64,000 nt of DNA from Flaccisagitta enflata. Its lineage: Eukaryota. The stretch lies in assembly GCA_965153355.1 (NCBI GenBank), contig OZ231126.1, positions 43,400,001 to 43,464,000 of the forward strand. Reading direction: 5' to 3'. The translations under genes were made by a program, and so were the position numbers. Shown here one piece after another: positions 13,021 to 27,988 of this stretch. The first letter of the stretch is position 1. Every line of letters starts with the position of its first letter. The notes beneath the pieces are model-generated. The model had not been told where the DNA came from. It was given only the letters and a program-made list of their open reading frames with translations, and ran no database searches.

Positions 13021-13258
13021 TCACTGATTCATTTTCAGTAATTGTAACACTGCACTATGGGTGGTTTGGGCGTACTAGAGGTGTTATATACCCAACCACC
13101 GCCCAAAACACCCAAATCACCATCACCGACACCCCTAAAACCATCCAAACACCTAAATCGCCAATTGCACTGTCATCACTGGCTTATTTACAGACATGCT
13201 CACCGATTTCTTAGAGTAACAATGTGGTGATTCGCTCTCCCATCTTTTATTTCTTCCC

Positions 13259-13293
<35 letters not shown>

Positions 13294-13322
13294 GTTTGGT
13301 GAGGCTTGGTGAGTTGGGGTTG

Positions 13323-15497
13323 CACACTGCATTCTTGGGGGGGCTTCAAAAGTTGAGTTACCCAAAATTTCAAACTCCTTGTGGAGACACGCAGTTTTTT
13401 TCTATTGAGAAAAGACCTTAATCTAGGACCATATTGACTCTTTATTTTCCCAAAAAGCATATCATTACATAGATATTTATGATTAAAGATAAAAACTGGC
13501 ATTTTTGACCTTTCCAGAAAAAGTTTCTTTATTGATATGAAATGATGGAAATTAATAGAAGTTATTTACAGTAATCAACTAACAATTAACTGAAGTTATC
13601 AAATGTGAAGGTAAAAATGTGAAAAAATATGATTAAGTACTCTAAAATGTTATTTTAGTAATATAGATCGCTAAGTTTTTGAGTTATGTTTTTACAAAAT
13701 TGAAGCTCTACAGTTTCGGCGGGTTTTGGCAAGGTTTAGACTATCTTAAACATAAAGAACTTCATCTTTGCTTCAAAATCAAGTATGTCCCATCCATCGA
13801 CACTCACCGACTTTTTCGTACTATGACATTGCATAACTATCGTTTGGCTAGAAATTGGTAAAATTTCATGTTGTGGTGCCAACTTTGCGTCATATTGACT
13901 ACCCAGGTCTAGGGACCTAAAATAGCCAAAAACTAGCTATTCACTTGCAAATGCTAAAAATTGAAAAAAAAAATAAATCATTATTTTTTGCAAATAAAAT
14001 AACATACAGTAGTCTTAGGAATTAGAGAAAATGAATTATATGGTAAATTTGCTGCTATTTTTTCCCTGCTTGAATATATTACTTTTATCAATCTGAATAA
14101 CTTACATTTATTCAAGCTTCATATTGTAGAAGGCCTCATTTAATTGAGTTCACCCCCCTGGTAAGAGGGGGGGTGGAGGAAAATCAAAGGATTTAAAGAT
14201 AGAGAAGAAAACCAAAGTAAAGGGTGGAAAAAGAAAAAAGAAAATATAAGAAAATATAAATTTGGCAGTACCAAATCATAAGAACTGATTAATAAACCAC
14301 AATTTAACAATAAGCAGATCCCATCTATACTGTTTTATTGCTTTAAGGGATAAAAATCATAGATTTAAAACATAATCCCATATGGTAAGAAAATCAAAAA
14401 CTAAAAAGTGACTCGAATTTACACATCCCTGTATTGTGGTCATATTTTTTTTTTATCTAAAAATCATTGAAAGAAATAGCAATATTACATGAGGAGACAT
14501 GAAGAGACAAAAAAAACATCAGCAGACAAAAGAAGACATAAAGAGACAAAAAAGGCAAAAAGAGACATGAAAAAACAATAATAGACATAAAGAGACGTAA
14601 AAAGACTTGATAATATTTAGAGGCATGAAAACACATGAAGAGACATGAAAAGACAAGAGAAGACATGAAAAGACAAGAGAAGACATGAAAAGACATAAGG
14701 AGACATGAAGAGACAAAAAAAACATCAGAAGACAAGAGAAGACATAAAGAGACATAAAACGACAAAAAGAGAAATGAAAAAACAATAAAAGACATAAAGA
14801 GACATAAAGATATAAAATAAGATTTAGAGGCATGAAAACACATGAAGAGACATGAAAACAAATAAAGAGATATGAAAAGACAAGAGAAAACATAGAAAGT
14901 CAAGAGAAGACATGAAGAGACAAAAAAAAACATCAGAAGACATAAAGAGACATAAAAAGATAAAAAGAGACATAAAAAAACAATTAAAGACATAAAGAGA
15001 CAAAATAAGATTTAGTGGCATAAAAACACATGAAGAGACATGAAAACACATGAAGAGACATGAACAAACAATCATGTGGACACAAAAAAAGACTTGAGAA
15101 GACATAAAGAGACATGAGGAGACATGAGGTGGGATGAAGAGATAAGAAAACATAAAGAGATATAAAAAAACATAAAAAGAAGGTGGGAACTTTAAAAGTA
15201 GCTAGTTTGCCGACTTCCAGCCTTAGGTTGAGCTATCTCCGAGCGCCAAAGTTGGCAACAGATGGCGAAGCGCTTGTGTCTTGCCTTGAAACTAAAACAA
15301 AAGACACTTTGTGGGAGGCCAGACCTAAAAATGTTTTTTTATTAATAATGACACTTAACATCGACTTAAGGACTTCTAAGTTAACATAGTGTTTGGATAC
15401 ATGATCTAGTATAGTTGAAAAAAAAATTATGAACTAACTCGCTGTAGTTCAAAAAATAGCTCGGGTCCCTCTGACATCCCTAAGAGTTTCTACTGTG
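13323..15497. mobile_element. Non-autonomous Transib-like element, 2175 bp
   Basis: CACACTG...TACTGTG termini with imperfect TIRs and a 5-bp TSD GGTTG (13318-22, 15498-502). A HINE A2 tail resumes immediately to the right. Confidence 0.65.
14480..15180. repeat. A-rich GAGACATGAA-type degenerate satellite inside the Transib-like element
   Basis: Units of about 10-12 bp. Landmark ATTTAG(A/T)GGCAT(G/A)AAAACACATGAAG near 14614, 14822 and 15009. Confidence 0.85.
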
Positions 15498-15665
15498 GGT
15501 TGGATGCCCCTTCCCACCCGTCCGCAACGATATTGTGACCCTTTATTACTTGTTGTTCTTTCTTCCTCTTGTTATCACAATCACTTTTGCCATCATTGTC
15601 ATCATCAACGTCAGTGTCATCACTGTCATCACTCTCATCAATGTCACTGTCATCATCCTTCTCAC

Positions 15666-15964
15666 CGAATCCTTAGTTGATGAACATTCGCTCTTCCTTC
15701 TTTCATTTCCATCCTCCGCCTTTTGTTTTTCCTTTGCCGTTTGACAAGCAGCTTGCCAAGAGGTCGTCATCTCCTCCTCTTCCTCTTCCTCCTCCTCCTC
15801 CCCTCCGCAGCTCGAGGATGAAGACCCGCTGGATGGGCCTTTTGCTGCATCGGAGAGGCATGTTGCTGCGGATGCTTCAGCACCTGCAGCATTGTTTGCG
15901 TTGGATGCTACAGTAGAAGCTGCCGCAGATTTGGGCAACAGCGAAGACGCGCCATCTTCAGGGA
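15666..15964 (-). CDS. Candidate internal exon of an unidentified host gene (Ala/Ser/Glu-rich)
   Basis: Acceptor ...TGATCAG| at 15965, open for about 99 codons (PEDGASSLLPKSAAAST...EEEEEEEEEEMTTSWQ...KDS), donor |GTGAGA at 15665. No recognisable domain. Confidence 0.45.
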
Positions 15965-16248
15965 CTGATCATGAATAAATGAATGAATGAATGAATGAAT
16001 GAATGAATGAGTGAATGAATGAATGAATGAATGAATGAATGAATGAATGAATGAAAGAATGAAAAAGAGAATGAAAATGAATGAATGAATGAATGAATTA
16101 AAGAATCAAGAATGAATGAATTCAAATCATGACAATGATATGCAGAAACAAGTGAACCAGTTACACAATACACTCATTATCGCGAAGGATAACCAGAAAA
16201 ATCCAGGGACTTACAATTTCAATGCCATCTGGGTCCCGGTAAAACAAA

Positions 16249-16279
<31 letters not shown>

Positions 16280-16496
16280 AATCGAGTTGTTGATTGATAG
16301 GTAGAATGACAAACTCTAACAACCAGTCAAGAAAATATCTTTGATTATTTGAAATGGAAATTTGATTACTGATTACAATTTACAGGACACCTATGAAATG
16401 ACCATGTGCTTTGGTTGTAAAGTAATGTTGTCCAGCTTATGTAAAACAAAAACAAAAACAAAAACAAAAACAAAAGCAAAAGCAAAAGGAAAAACA

Positions 16497-16527
<31 letters not shown>

Positions 16528-18829
16528 CAAAACAAAACAAAACAAAACAAAACAAAACAAAACAAAACAAACAAAACAAAAACAAACGATTTTCACCTGT
16601 TGTTGGTCTCAGGACGGCCACCGCAGAACCAAGACTTAAAGAGATTTGTTTCCCACTGAAAAATTACAACACAACGAGAAAAATTAAGACTCAACCCTAC
16701 GCCAGCGCCTCCGCCCTCCACATTCAGTGACATTCTGCATCCTGCCCTCCATCCTCTGTCTTCTGCCTCCCGCTCTTCGCCCTCTGTTTTCTTCCCTCAA
16801 CTCTCTACCCTCAGCCCTCTGCCCTTAGCCCTCCCCACACTTCACCCCCCATCCATATCTTCCGCCTTTATACTTTGCTTCAGGCCCTCTGCTCTCCAAC
16901 TTCTGAGCTCTGCCTTATGTATTCTGCATCCTGTTCTTTGTCATTTCACTCATTTGCATTAAATCCTCTTACAGTCCACTGCCCTCCACTTCCAACCTTT
17001 TGCCAATCGCCCTCCGTCCTACAACCTGCCCAGCCCTTCACCCCACCCACCGTCCTATCAAAACCAAATATTATGCTGACACGTTCTGTAGCTGCTTCAT
17101 ATGCCATGAAAGCGTTGAACCTCATTTATGTACCTTTTTTTGAAGAAATTTTTCAAGTCAATATGGTTGATCTTTGATGTGATCGGTGCTGCTTCTTCAT
17201 CACGATCGCCCAAATTAACATCCAGATCCTAATGGAAATATGTGAAAATAATTTACCCGAACATGACCTAGCTTGATATGACATGATGTCATACGAAATG
17301 ACATGACGTAAACAGATGGATAGAATGTCATGATGCACCATGATTAACTATGATATGACGCAAAATGAAATGATAAAGACATGACATGACATGACATGAA
17401 ATAAAAAAGACATGACAATGGTGGTTCAAAACCCACCTGATTTTTTGACGCTTCGAGTAGATTTCTTTCATACCAATTGAGTTTATATTTTTTCGAGCAG
17501 AAAATGTAAAGAATAAAACCCGACAAAAGTAAACAAACAATTGATAAAATGACGCATGCGGCCGCCAGGGGAGCAGTTGTCCGGCGAGCCACGCTCAAAG
17601 CGCCATCTTCATCGTCCAAAGACATGATTTTTGCGATCGACGTTGATTTATTGTTTTAATAGCAACAAAATCAACATGGGAGTAATCTTACAGGAGAATG
17701 TGGGAAAATACAGGCTTGAGGAGAGTATTACTATTAATGTGGAGAAAGCTCTGACATAATCGTACATAGAAGTAGACGAGCAAAATCCAGAGAATGACGC
17801 AGGGCGGCAATCTACGAGGAGACAAGAAATGATTCATATGTTTATTTACTGATTGAAAAAAAGAAACACCAAAAGAACGTCGAAAATCCGCGATGAGAAA
17901 ATCGTAGCTGTCTATTGGTTGATTTGTTGTGGATACTTAATTGTTGATTTCTAATTCAATTGCTAATTGGAACTTTGGTGATCTAGATTGTTGTGATTTT
18001 CTTTCTCCAAGTCAATCTGCCTTTCTTTTTTTGAATTAGCAGTTTTTTTTTTTTGGTTTCATACAGGCCAGTTTTTTTTCAAATCATAATTGATTTTTAT
18101 GTAATTTTTTTTTCTCGTTATTTTCGTTTGTTTTGGATTTTTTGTTTAAAGATTTCTATAATATTGCGCCTAAATTTTTTTCTTTTTGAAAATTGAGCGT
18201 AACTCTTTGGTATCAGATATAATCTTTGACAACATGTATGTGTCCATGTAAAGTTTCATGAACCATTAGGCGTAATCTTTTTTTTTTAAGCGTCAAGTGT
18301 AACTGACGCCCAAAGTGTCATCATGGAAACATTGGGCGTCACTTTTCACATTCACGCGTAACTCACTGAGGCCTTAATTGTCCCCTAAGAACGATGGGGC
18401 GTCAATTATGACGCCTAACGCGATAATAAAGAGAAACTGTTGGGCGTCACTTTTTTGGTCGTTGGGCGTAATTCATTGACGCCTAACGGCTGTTATAACG
18501 CCCCGCGCCGGCCTCACTTCACAAAAAGCAAAGATAACAGATGGTCAGAGTTTTCTAGGCGATAACCACAACGTAGAATAACGACGACGACGATGGTGAC
18601 GACGATGGCGATGACGACGATAAGAATGACGACGAAAAAGACGACAACAACGACGACTGTTTTAAAGCAAAAGCGCGTTGTTTCACTATTTCCTCCTTCT
18701 CTTCCTCTTTAACCTCTTCTTCTTCCTTTTCTCCTTTTCTTTCCTTTCCTCCCTTTCCTCCCTTTCTTCCTCCTTTTCCTCTTCTTCCTTCTCATCACTC
18801 CTAATCCGCCTCCGCAAAAACCAATTTCG

Positions 18830-18905
18830 ACCACAACAATAACAACAACACTAAGAACACTGACAATGATAATAACAGCAACAACAACAGCAACAAGAAT
18901 TACTG

Positions 18906-18947
<42 letters not shown>

Positions 18948-18949
18948 CT

Positions 18950-19007
<58 letters not shown>

Positions 19008-19031
19008 CTATGATGATGAAAAATAACAACA

Positions 19032-19130
<99 letters not shown>

Positions 19131-19279
19131 CGACATCAACGACAATAGTCTCAATGACAATAATCACAACAACAACTACATCAGCAACAACAACAACCAC
19201 AATAACAGCAACAACAACGCAAACAACAACGACAACAGCAGCAACAGCAACCCAGCAACAGCAGCAACAGCAGAGGAAC

Positions 19280-19310
<31 letters not shown>

Positions 19311-19370
19311 AACAGCAACAACAACAGCGATAGCAGCAGCAACAACATAGCAACAGCAACAACGCCATGA

Positions 19371-19403
<33 letters not shown>

Positions 19404-19540
19404 CAGCAACAGCAACAACAGCAACAACCTTACTTATATATATATACTTGACGATAGCAACAACAACAACAACAAAAACAACAACAACAACAGCAACAAC
19501 AACAACAGCAACAACAACAACAGCAACAACAACAGCATGG
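18830..19540. repeat. (CAA)n/(CAG)n microsatellite field
   Basis: Direct reading. Confidence 0.95.
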
Positions 19541-19675
19541 TCAGCTTGTTTCTTAAACAATGAAACCAACTGACTCTAGCATGCACGCGTCCAATGGTCA
19601 TCAAAATTGCATATTTGTATGTCATTAAACTCTGCAGACGTCAGTACATTGCCCGGCCCGACACCCTGATGCTGC

Positions 19676-19769
<94 letters not shown>

Positions 19770-19819
19770 TTCTTTTTTTCACACGTGATCATGTGTGACG
19801 TTGTTGTAAGGAAGAAAGA

Positions 19820-19850
<31 letters not shown>

Positions 19851-19914
19851 CATTTTTCTCCATATGGAACGAATTTGGTGCGATTTGCGATTGAAACGTG
19901 ACGCGCACAACGCA

Positions 19915-20305
19915 AGCATGGTACGAAATTCCACGCCACAGTGCCCACTACTCTTCCACGCCACGGTACGCAATCCCACGCCACAGTGCTCTCTACCCTT
20001 CCACGCCATGAGGCGCAACTCCACGCCATGGGGCAGTTTCCACTCTACGCCACAGTGCCTTCTGCCCTTCCACGCCATGGTACGCAATTCCACGCCATGG
20101 TGCAGTCTCCACTCAACGCCACAGTGCCTTCTGCGCTTCCACGCCACGGTGCCGTTTCCTGTTACTGTCCCCATTCGCCATTCTATGCCACGGTCCGTTA
20201 CGCCAATCCACGCAAAAGAGCCTCATGCTCTTCCACATCATGGTACTTCAACTTCACGTCATTCCATTTTTAAAAATGAGCGCTATGACATTCCACGCCA
20301 TGACT
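19915..20305. repeat. CCACGCCA-based minisatellite, 69-bp higher-order unit
   Basis: CACAGTG landmarks at 19937, 19982, 20051 and 20120. Confidence 0.85.
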
Positions 20306-21265
20306 CATTACACCATAAGACGGCTTCCCTCCGAAGGCACCGTTTGTGTTTCAAAAAAGGTCAAAATAGAAAAAATGAATAAATGAAAATGCAAAAAAAG
20401 TAAATGAAAGTGATTGAGATGGCTCAGACATAACATTTAAAAAAAAATTTGCATTTATTAGCAAGAGGACCAAGTTTAGCCAATGTTACCAAAAAATTGT
20501 TTTGAAAATTTGTACTTATTTCATTTTTGGTCACTGACAGGGGGCTGGTTGAAATTCTAAATTTGCATAGGAAATAACAAAATGAAAAAACGAAGAACAT
20601 AGTTCTCTTCCCAAATCAATTACAGAGAGAACCATGTTTTTCAAGATGAAAAATTTCCCTGTGTCTGGCTTTCATAGAATTTCAACCTCAGAAAATAAAA
20701 AAAAGTATGAGCAGAAATTCACTAAAAAACATCATTTTCATGCTAGTTTTCATGTGAATCGCAAAGTTCAAATTATATTTTATGTCAGAATATGATAGAA
20801 ATGTATGCACCAAGTGTCTTTAGAGACAATTTGTCCACTAAAAGCATTCCAGCTTCATTATTGTCCTGATAATGATGCAAAAAGTATGGTGAAACACTTC
20901 ATTTTCCTTCAAAAAGTTTTTGTCATAAGGCGTTGTGCCAATTCACAGCAATGTGCGGTGCAACATCCAATGTCAATGTCAGAGAGCATTATGCCATCCC
21001 ATGTCACCCACCCCAGCCATTTCAAACCATCCCAGTTCCACGCTATGGTGCGAAATCACGAATCGATACGGTTCATATTTAGATAGTTTTCATAGCTTAG
21101 CTTTTTTCGCTGATGTTACTCAACTACATCATATGATGATATGAGTCAGGGTAACGGGTACCGCTGACCATGTGCGATACTTATATAACTAGTTATTGTT
21201 GCTGTCAACGAGATTACCCAGATAATTGTCCTTAATTGTGTAGATTACAACTAAAATTGGTTGTA

Positions 21266-21774
21266 CAGTAGATGTCGGAATTTATGTCAGGATAATAAGA
21301 AAACATAAAGGACTGATATTTGGAATATAAACTAATAAAAGGATGCTTTAATGATGATGGGTGTTGGTCTGTATGGAATATCAATATTTTGAGAAATTTT
21401 TTTGAAGGAACATTGCTTGAAATCAAATTTGCTACAACTTGCCCACAATATGTTCTGTAAGAATATCGCTTGTTTAGTAGTTGCCTGGGAGAATCACAGG
21501 GCTGTTACACATAGTTACGCTCTCTAGCAACGGCTACAGAACACATGGTGGGAAAGTTTTTGCAAATTTGATTTTAAGCAATGTTCCCACAAAAGAATTC
21601 TCAGCATTCTGGTGTTTTAGCGGAAATACATGGAAATGTGTTTCCATGGCAACTAACACCCATCGTCAATAAAGCATCCTTTGATTAGATTAAATTCCAA
21701 ATATCATCCTTATATATTCAATTGTCTTCTCAATATCAGTTCCCCGTATTTCCAGGGTTAGACGACATCGACTG
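21266..21774. mobile_element. Palindromic Tc1/mariner-type MITE (older copy)
   Basis: TA-CAGTAGATGTCG...CGACATCGACTG-TA. Homologous to 37411-37984. Confidence 0.8.
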
Positions 21775-22249
21775 TACAGTATTTCTTTGCTCTGTGTATT
21801 ACTTATTGATAGCTCTCAAGATGGGTCGACCATTCTTTTTGTGAATGTTGGATAACATAGCTACTCAACCCCTATCTTATCTGAAGATGAGAACCTATGG
21901 AGCTCTCAATGCTACTTATCTTACAGTGGTAACCCACCTTTTCAGCACTGGTTATTAAAGTACTTCTGATATAAGACAAGTTTAAAACGTTTGACGGACA
22001 AGCAGACTTACAGAGATAATCTGTGGAAATAACCAAAAAAAAAGCGAGAGGCAATACCCGCACATTCTCTTGTTCCTGTCTTTTGTTCATCCGTTAAATT
22101 TTTTTAAACACTGTAGCAAAAAAGTTGACCATTTCAATTTTTACTGGCTATCAGTCGAGGCATACTTTTACAATCACACACATAGAAATTTTGAATTGAT
22201 TTCGTAAATCAAATTCTATCATTCATTCATTCATTCATTCTCAAACTGT

Positions 22250-23075
22250 TCTTTTGTTGTGGACAGCTGAGATTTGGGTCTCCAGGACTGGGATTACAGG
22301 CCTTGAGCCTGGGAAGGGGAAAGGATGGAGGAGAGGAGGGAGAAAAAAGAAAATCACCCATATGGGTGAAAGCATGGGTCAACAACCCCTTCGGAGCCAC
22401 TGCCCTACTTCCCCTTCAGCTTTAAGCACAGCCTACTTGGGCAGGGCACAGGTACCGCTGACCATCTAAAGCTTTTGCGACTATTTATGATTTCATTCTT
22501 TGATCTCACCACTGCCTAAATGGTCTAGTACCTCAAATATGACCCCTACCCACCAGTTCGCAACTTTGGTAGCCGTGTATCCGGCCTTGTTTTCTAAGAA
22601 TCAGGCTATGCTTCCTACTTGATTTAGTTGTGCACTGTATAACCCGCTATATTGATTTATTGATGAGTCCATTGGTCTGTTAGTCTATCCTCAAGACTCA
22701 AATCCCACCTTCGCGACCTAAATCCCACCCATGAAACCTAAATCCCAGCCTCTAGGGTTGGATTTGAGCCTTGAGGGTAGGATTTGAGCTTCTAGGCTGG
22801 GATTTGGGCCTTGAGGCTGGGATTTGGGCCTTGATACTGGAATTTGGGCATTGAAGCTAGGATTTTAGTTAGTGGGGGACAAATGGACAAACGGACATAC
22901 GGCCACTGCCCTGCTCCCCCTCAACTTCAAGCACAACCTACTTAAGCAGGGCAATGGTATGGCTGACCATCTAACAATTTTGCAATTATTACTTTTTTGT
23001 GCCTTATTTACCTTTTCTTTCACTGCCCTTGCCCAACCGCATACAACTGGGGTAGATGTGTATCCAGTCTTTTTG
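22250..23075 (+). mobile_element. Cluster of decayed HINE A and B fragments
   Basis: B tails ending near 22485 and 22990, A tails ending near 22591 and 23070. Confidence 0.6.
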
Positions 23076-24437
23076 TCATTATTCCAATAGATTAGTTTTT
23101 TACCAGTCTAATATTTGATTTTTTTGTCTGAGATATGAAGATGTAAAAAATGAGATAGACAAGTCAACGTTTATTGTTTATTAAAGCAGTTGACGAGCTA
23201 CTTCAGGACACCTCAATATCATAAGATGATGTTTTAACTTGGAAAGATGTCTTAGCTAATTATTGATATGAAATTTATACTTTATATGCAAAGTATTTTC
23301 TGCTATTGTATTTATTTCATGGTTTTTGGAAGGTCAATTTTGGCGAATTTTCGCCTATTTTGCATGTACTTACAAACATCCCAACCAGCCGCTTTGCAGA
23401 AAAAAATTTTCAGTCAACTTCTTCTCTTAGCTTAGTACAGCCTATGTACAGTGCAAAACCACCAAAAAACCCTGTATTACAATTTTTCTAAGGTGGTTTT
23501 TGTTAAATCCCTCCTCTAGAAGGGATTCTGAGGGGCGACAATTACCATGAGCCGAACTCTCGGCTTTCCCTTCGGTGTGTGAACGACCAAACCCGAGCCT
23601 CGACCGCTTCATTGAATTTCCGACGAAGAAAAAAGACCCCGCAAAACCGACTTTGTCACCGCCGTTGCCGCCGTCACCGCTGTCTTCGCTGTCACCACTC
23701 GCTCACCGTTCAACACCAATCACCAGTCATTCGCCACCGCTTAATGTTCGTCACTTACCTTCCCGGATACCGCCACTCCCTCTGTCGCTCTCCTATTCCC
23801 ACCGACTCTTTGTCCCTCACTTCCATCTTTCGCCCGATTGACCACCATCACTACTTCTCACTCACCAGCTAAAACTCACTGCTAACTGCTTATCGTTTTC
23901 CACGAAAAAACAGCGTCACCGCATCCCAATCACCACTGACTACCGCTTATTGTCACTTACATATCACCACTGACTCTTGGTTCAACGACACTTTCTTCCA
24001 CGAATTTCATCCCCAGTGCACCGATCGTCATCACCCTCCTACAATGTGTCGTCACCCACCTACAATGTGTCGTCACCCACCTACATTGTGTCGTCACCCA
24101 TTACCTCATCCACATTATCTCGTCACTCACCACCTCATCCACATTCTCTCTCCATGAGTAAAACGAGCCATTGTATAATGCTTAATGGTCCTATCAAGGA
24201 AGATATCTCGTCACAACGATGGAGACTCATAAAAGAAAAAAGGCGATACACCAGACGCAAGGACGAGAAGACAGTTGGACAGAAGGAAATGGCACCGATT
24301 CTATCCTTCACTTTACTAATGTGAACAACGTTTGAGTTAACTCGACCTCACAAAGCCGGAAACACAGTTCACGGTGCCATAACATTTCGCGTACGCTTGG
24401 ACAGCGTCGGCATAACATTCGTCTTCAAAAAACACCA

Positions 24438-24724
24438 TTTTTAGATGAATCTGTATAAGAGGGTCTATCCGTCCGTCCGTCTGTCGCTCCGTCTGTCCGT
24501 ATGTCCTTTACGCCTGTGCAAAAACCGCGTTTCTCGGCCGTTTTTTGGCCACGCCGAGATCCTACACTGAATCAAATAATCGGCAAACGTATTTTGAAAG
24601 CCTTCTTTGTCGTTTCAACAGTCTGTTCGTCCGTCTGTCTTTCCATTTATGTCACATGTTCAGCGCCAAATTCAATACACATAAAGACACAGTCCAGGCG
24701 CATCGTTGCCCGGTCGGGCTTGTC
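24438..24724 (+). mobile_element. HINE family A3 element
   Basis: Homologous to 4182-4624 and ends GCCCGGTCGGGCTTGT. Confidence 0.7.
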
Positions 24725-25014
24725 CAAGTGAAAGATCAAAGACGGACCAATGCGACGGAACAAAAGGACAGTGTCACACCTGAACGCGACCGAAGACGCT
24801 ATTTAAACCTCATGCAGTGCAGTCATCATTTCAACAGTGATCTGAGGTGCTCGGTGGTTGGTTACCATCAGGGGTGGACGCGCGAGGATGACCAAAGTTG
24901 GATTAGGTGGCAATAGGAGTTTTTCTCAATCAGGAATAGATCAGATTGATCGCTCACTGTTCTAGAAAAGCATTTAAATCTGCATGGTTGAACTGCTACC
25001 AGCCGACTAGCATA

Positions 25015-25429
25015 CCATACGACTAAAAAAAAAAGACGCACTTTTGAATGACCTATTTTGCCTATGAATGATAAGAAAACTTATTGAAATCTTAGATCAT
25101 TTGAAAGCCCTTCGAAAGTACTTTCATTTGGGACCAATCTGGTATTGCTATTTTTTTTTTGTTTAGAAATGGCATTGGTTTGAGTGAAAACATTGCCCAT
25201 TTCAGTTTCGCACTCTCTATATAAAAATGCATTTTAGCAGATAAGTGCTTCTCTTTGCAGAGCTCTAACTTTCAAACCGTTTGAGATACAAACCTGGAAT
25301 TGGTCTAGATTAAAAGATAATTTAGAAGTCTTTCAAAATGTCTGTTTTGAAAATAGTTAAAATTGATTTTTATATCTCTTTTATCAATTAATAAACAGGT
25401 GCGTCTTTTTTTTTTTTTGATCCACGTGG
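25015..25429. mobile_element. TA-flanked MITE related to 40006-40426
   Basis: TA-CCATACGACTAAAAAAAAAAGACGCAC...GTGCGTCTTTTTTT...GATCCACGTGG-TA, interior colinear with 40006-40426. Confidence 0.7.
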
Positions 25430-25721
25430 TACATCTAATTAGTTCCGATTTGCTGTCATGGCCCAGAATTTTTTTTTCTATGAGCGCATTTGCAAGGTGT
25501 TGCCTCGTTCGTTGACGCGGATTTAATTTGAGCTTAAATCAAATCTGCTTTTTCACTCACGTTGCAATTAGAATCACCGCTTTATCACCGCATTAGCTAA
25601 CATCAGGTGCACAACGTTGGATGAGTTATTTTTACCTGAGGCGGATGTAACACGCACATATTGCAGCACGTTTCGACGCTGCGTATATGTTTGCCTTGAG
25701 GCCATCACTACCGTTTTCGTC

Positions 25722-26180
<459 letters not shown>

Positions 26181-26413
26181 CGCGCGGGTCTGCACGGTAG
26201 TCAGTCGCTTAAGTTGAGATAAAAGAAGAAAGGGATTCGAGATTGAATACGGCAGTTATATTAAAAAGATAAAAGGAAATAAAAAAGGTGTCAATGGTTT
26301 GAAATGATTTGATTTTTTATGCGCCGGAAAGAAAGAGAATTCCCCGGATTGAATATCGTTTTGCTGTTCTTGTTTTAAAATTTTTAAAGTGATTTCGTTT
26401 TTTATTAATTTTC

Positions 26414-26615
26414 TTTTTAGTCGCGTGCACGCGACTCTACAACTCGCTTTGTCCGTCGGTCGGTCGGTCGGTTGGTTGGTCGGTCGGTCACACTTTACCT
26501 TTATTCATAATATTATTTCTTTGACCTCACTGCTCCTGCCCAAATGATCTGGTGACCTCAAATATGGCCCCTGCCCACCCGCACGCGACTTCGGTAGCCG
26601 TGTATCCGGCCTTTT
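26414..26615 (+). mobile_element. HINE family A1 element
   Basis: AGTCGCGTGCACGCGACT head, (GGTC)n, GCACGCGACT and GCCGTGTATCCGGC hairpin. Confidence 0.85.
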
Positions 26616-26699
26616 TATCTTTTTATCAACGTCCAATGCCGTGTTATAACAACATCAGTTCCCTTTTGTTTTCCACTAGACAGTTAATTTCCAAATGAT

Positions 26700-27682
<983 letters not shown>

Positions 27683-27988
27683 CAGAAACTGTGTGTCTCT
27701 CTCTCTGTCTTTCTGCTTGCTTCCTTCATTGTTCTCTTCTTTTCTTTTTCCCCTACAGTTTAGCTTCACAAGAGTGCATGCCAAGGGAATGGGCAAGGTT
27801 ATGCCTCATAAACGAACTGCCTTAGTGCCAATACAGGTCATTATAAAAAATGTAGATATTTTCCTAAGGAGATCTTAAGGAAGAAGCTGCGTTTTTATTA
27901 ATGACTACAAAATCTCTTGGGGACTGCAAGTTCTATGCCTTGTAGGCCAGCATGTAGAAGCAGTGCTCCACTGTACGTCTTTTTCTCC

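Noticed and set aside
17558-17580. CTCF-like motif GCCGCCAGGGGAGCAG (similar ones near 9240 and 15257)
   Set aside because: Single imperfect matches in probable TE remnants cannot be supported from sequence alone.
19937-20126. Four CACAGTG RSS heptamers
   Set aside because: They are part of a minisatellite unit and no nonamer lies at 12 or 23 bp.
20338-20960. AT-rich insert with CAC...GTG ends as a third Transib element
   Set aside because: No matching 5-bp TSD and the TIR similarity is weak. It is probably a TE remnant but cannot be classified.
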